A DNA stretch of 39,559 nucleotides from a virus (lineage: Duplodnaviria; Heunggongvirae; Uroviricota; Caudoviricetes), in IMG/VR virus record IMGVR_UViG_2565956762_000001, positions 1-39,559 of that record; one strand, 5' to 3'. A program made the position numbers and the translations under genes. Shown here piece by piece: positions 36,984 to 39,559 of this stretch (positions are counted from its first letter, which is position 1; every line of letters begins with the position of its first letter). A model generated the notes under the pieces. That model saw only the letters and a program-made list of their open reading frames with translations, ran no database searches and was not told the DNA's origin.

Positions 36984-38102
36984 ATGGTGGTTAACATGAG
37001 TGCCTTTTTCCTTTTTATTGCAGTAATTGGTGTAATTATAGATTTAGCATCTCCGGTGACAGTTTATGGTGTACAACTATTCCTATTTCCATTCGCATGC
37101 CTTTTTTTATACGCAAAAAGTGTAAGTAAAATGACGTATCAGTCATTATTATTTATAATAATGGTGGTATCTATTGTTATAATAAGTTCATTTATCCAGG
37201 TTTATATATCACAGCATAATGAGATATTATTATCACAGACGCTTAAAGTAATAATTTGGGTGGTGTCGTCATACTTGTTATATGTTGGATGTAAGGGAGT
37301 GGATAAAGATACTTTAGAGAGATCAATAAATGCAGCGCTAGTAGTTTTCATACTCTCTTTATTTATTCAAGTAGTATCGAAACTTTTATTTGGTTCTATT
37401 GTTGACTACTCTATGCTAATTGGTGGTGAACCATCAAGAAATATGATGACTGGAGTTGGGTTTAGGCCAACAGGGCTAACTGCAGAACCAAGTGTATATT
37501 GCGGAATAACAGCGTGGTTAATTACGTTACGATATGCAATTAATAAAAAGATTGATTATTTGTTTTTACTGTCATGCGTTTCAATGACGTTTACATTGTC
37601 ATTTGTTGGAATATTTCTTTGCTTTCTCATGCTATGTGTTGGTATGATGAGAATTAAGATGATTATCCCAGTGATAGCAATATTTGTGATTGGGTATCTT
37701 TCTGTTTTAAATATTGTAAATGACAGGATTGTTTTATTTCTATCTGGGGCTGATGGTAGCAATAATATAAAGATAGAGACCATTCTTGATTTTATTGGAA
37801 ATCAAAATTTATATATTTTTGGTTATGGTTTGATTGGTAAGTCAGAATCTGCGCCATCATTTTATGAGTCGTTATATGATATGACTATATTTGGAAACTT
37901 TATTACAATATTTGGTCTTCCATTTGGAGTATTATGCATAGTATTATATTGTGTTTTTATAATTAAAATTAAAATAACAAAAAGGGCAAAGCTAATGATG
38001 TTGCTATCATCTTTAAAAATTAGCCTGCCGTTTTTTGCTGTGTTTTATATGGCTATTGCTATGATATGTGCAATTTCAAATAAGAACAAAGCGTTAACGT
38101 AA
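36984..38102 (+). CDS. Polytopic inner-membrane protein, candidate O-antigen polymerase/ligase-like (Wzy/WaaL-like) conversion protein
   Basis: 372-aa ORF, very hydrophobic with around 10 predicted TM segments; visibly AT-rich DNA and atypical codon usage; sits between tailspike and attR. Confidence 0.65.
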   Translation: MVVNMSAFFLFIAVIGVIIDLASPVTVYGVQLFLFPFACLFLYAKSVSKMTYQSLLFIIMVVSIVIISSFIQVYISQHNEILLSQTLKVIIWVVSSYLLYVGCKGVDKDTLERSINAALVVFILSLFIQVVSKLLFGSIVDYSMLIGGEPSRNMMTGVGFRPTGLTAEPSVYCGITAWLITLRYAINKKIDYLFLLSCVSMTFTLSFVGIFLCFLMLCVGMMRIKMIIPVIAIFVIGYLSVLNIVNDRIVLFLSGADGSNNIKIETILDFIGNQNLYIFGYGLIGKSESAPSFYESLYDMTIFGNFITIFGLPFGVLCIVLYCVFIIKIKITKRAKLMMLLSSLKISLPFFAVFYMAIAMICAISNKNKALT

Positions 38103-38402
38103 CAACTTGCACATAATAACATCTCTTTTTTTAGTTTCTGGTGATTGTATTGTTATACTATAATCACCAGAATAAAACTCAGTTAAAGTGAATTTTTCTT
38201 TATCAATAGATATATAATCAAGAGAACGAGCCTCGTTAAAAAATTCTTTTTCAAGGCTAAATTCTACATCATCTAGATGCACTTTGGACGCATTTGATGT
38301 GTTAACTTTAACAAGATGAGAACCACATATTATTTCATTTATCTTTGCGATTGATGAATTACTAACCATAAAGGTAAGTATAAAAAACAAGTATTTAAAC
38401 AT
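38094..38402 (-). CDS. Small exported protein (102 aa) with N-terminal signal peptide
   Basis: MFKYLFFILTFMVSNSSIA… signal-peptide-like N-terminus; AT-rich; convergent with and overlapping the 3' end of the membrane-protein gene. Confidence 0.5.
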   Translation of the reverse strand: MFKYLFFILTFMVSNSSIAKINEIICGSHLVKVNTSNASKVHLDDVEFSLEKEFFNEARSLDYISIDKEKFTLTEFYSGDYSITIQSPETKKRDVIMCKLLR

Positions 38403-38788
38403 ATATCACCATCTTTGAAAAATATTCTACAAATAGTAGCATGAACATCATGCTAATTAAAGAAAGATTGCAAAACTATTTTCCATTTGTCAAGCACTTA
38501 GGTGATAAATGTATGGGGTTGTGATGTTTATATTTTAGTAAGTTCGTGATCATATAATTATTTACATGTAATGATATGTACCACATCAGGTGGTAGTATT
38601 TGTATCCACTTGAGGCAAAACTGAGAAACGCAAAGCTTTGTACTGGATTACAAGGCTTTATGTCATTCGATAGTTAAGGTGGGTCACTCTACCTTCTCAT
38701 CAATCCAGTCCGCCCACCACTGCATCATTTCTCTGCGCTTATCGAGATACTGAGCATGGTTGTAAATTCAGCTAACCCAGTGTGTTGA

Positions 38789-38831
38789 CAAAAAATTAGC
38801 GCAAGAAGACAAAAAAATCACCTTGCGCTAA
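38789..38831 (-). terminator. sib/tI-like retroregulation hairpin in the attP P arm (minus strand)
   Basis: 10-bp perfect stem ttagcgcaag-(16 nt)-cttgcgctaa followed on the minus strand by a T run; lies about 150–190 nt from the core on the side that is downstream of int in the circular phage. Confidence 0.45.
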
Positions 38832-38977
38832 TGCTCTGTTACAGGTCACTAATACCATCTAAGTGGTTGATTCATAGTGACTGGATATGTTGTGTTTTGT
38901 AGCATTATGCAGTCTATTTTTTAGACTAAATATATTATAACGCATTGATATTAATGGTTTTTAGTGTTTCACGTTCA

Positions 38978-38992
38978 GCTTTTTTATACTAA
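38978..38992. other. attR core (P-O-B'); P arm occupies roughly 38740..38977
   Basis: Core GCTTTTTTATACTAA followed by host CTTGAGCG; upstream text (…ctgttacaggtcactaataccatctaagt…) resembles the lambda attP P arm. Confidence 0.9.
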
Positions 38993-39082
38993 CTTGAGCG
39001 AAACGGGAAGGTAAAAAGACAAAAAGTTGTTTTTAATACCTTTAAGTGATACCAGATGGCATAGCGCCATCTGGCAGAGTGA

Positions 39083-39559
39083 TTAACTAAACATCGCAGT
39101 AATCGAGGCGCTTGCCAGAGAATGGAAATGGACGTTAAACCCGACCATCGCGCCGCTGGCACCTTCATCGACATCAATACGTTCTACATCCAGCGCGTGA
39201 ACGGTAAAAATGTAGCGATGGGTTTCGCCTTTCGGCGGCGCTGCACCATCGTACCCGGTTTTACCAAAGTCGGTACGCGTCTGCAAAACGCCGTCTGGCA
39301 TTGCTACCAGACCAGAGCCAAACCCTTGCGGTAATACGCGGGTATCCGCGGGTAAATTAACAACTACCCAGTGCCACCAGCCGGAGCCAGTTGGCGCATC
39401 CGGGTCGTAGCAGGTGACAACAAAACTTTTCGTTCCCACAGGAACATCATCCCACGCCAGATGCGGTGAAATATTATCGCCATCGTAACCCATGCCGTTA
39501 AAGACATGACGATGCGGCAACTTATCGCCATCGCGCAGATCATTACTGATGAGTTTCAT
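39083..39559 (-). CDS. ybhB: Host YbhB (PEBP/kinase-inhibitor-family protein)
   Basis: 158-aa ORF MKLISNDLRDGDKLPHRHVFNGMGYDGDNISPHLAWDD… recognised as E. coli YbhB; start codon at the last three bases of the window. Confidence 0.9.
   Translation of the reverse strand: MKLISNDLRDGDKLPHRHVFNGMGYDGDNISPHLAWDDVPVGTKSFVVTCYDPDAPTGSGWWHWVVVNLPADTRVLPQGFGSGLVAMPDGVLQTRTDFGKTGYDGAAPPKGETHRYIFTVHALDVERIDVDEGASGAMVGFNVHFHSLASASITAMFS

Larger units (their letters stand above)
1331..38992. mobile_element. Complete mosaic lambdoid prophage integrated at att-lambda (attL to attR)
   Basis: Identical 15-bp core GCTTTTTTATACTAA at 1331..1345 and 38978..38992; integrase/excisionase next to attL; immunity, replication, nin, Q, lysis and morphogenesis modules in canonical prophage order; host ybhC and ybhB flank it. 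Confidence 0.92.

Noticed and set aside
38989-39177. 62-aa minus-strand ORF spanning attR into the ybhB 3' region
   Set aside because: Crosses the attachment core and overlaps the ybhB terminus; almost certainly non-coding.

Overview
This window is almost entirely one complete, mosaic lambdoid prophage (about 37.7 kb, 1331..38992) integrated at the lambda attachment site between host genes ybhC (1..1284, minus) and ybhB (39083..39559, minus). The 15-bp core GCTTTTTTATACTAA is present at both ends (1331..1345 and 38978..38992). All protein identifications below are my recognition of the supplied six-frame translations from memory; no database search or alignment was run. Modules, left to right: lambda-type int/xis; a leftward early operon of small accessory genes ending in Gp157-like and RecT-like genes, a cIII-like gene and an N-like antiterminator; a P22/phage-21-type immunity region (c2-like repressor, three operators, cro, c1/cII-like) with nutL and nutR; replication genes (O-like with iterons, DnaC-like loader); a lambda-like nin region with a Ser/Thr phosphatase; lambda-like Q, pR', S, R, Rz/Rz1; then a P22/Sf6-like podovirus morphogenesis block (terminase, portal, scaffold, coat, gp4, gp10, needle, gp14, three ejection proteins, tailspike). 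The most interesting unexplained cargo is: (a) two paralogous T5orf172/GIY-YIG-like proteins at two different moron positions (between cII and O; between Rz and terminase, the latter inside a 2-kb island with convergent small genes); (b) an AT-rich cassette after the tailspike encoding a polytopic membrane protein plus a small exported protein, which I read as a candidate serotype-conversion module; (c) a chain of about ten uncharacterised, translationally coupled genes in the early-left arm. No CRISPR array, rRNA or tRNA was seen.
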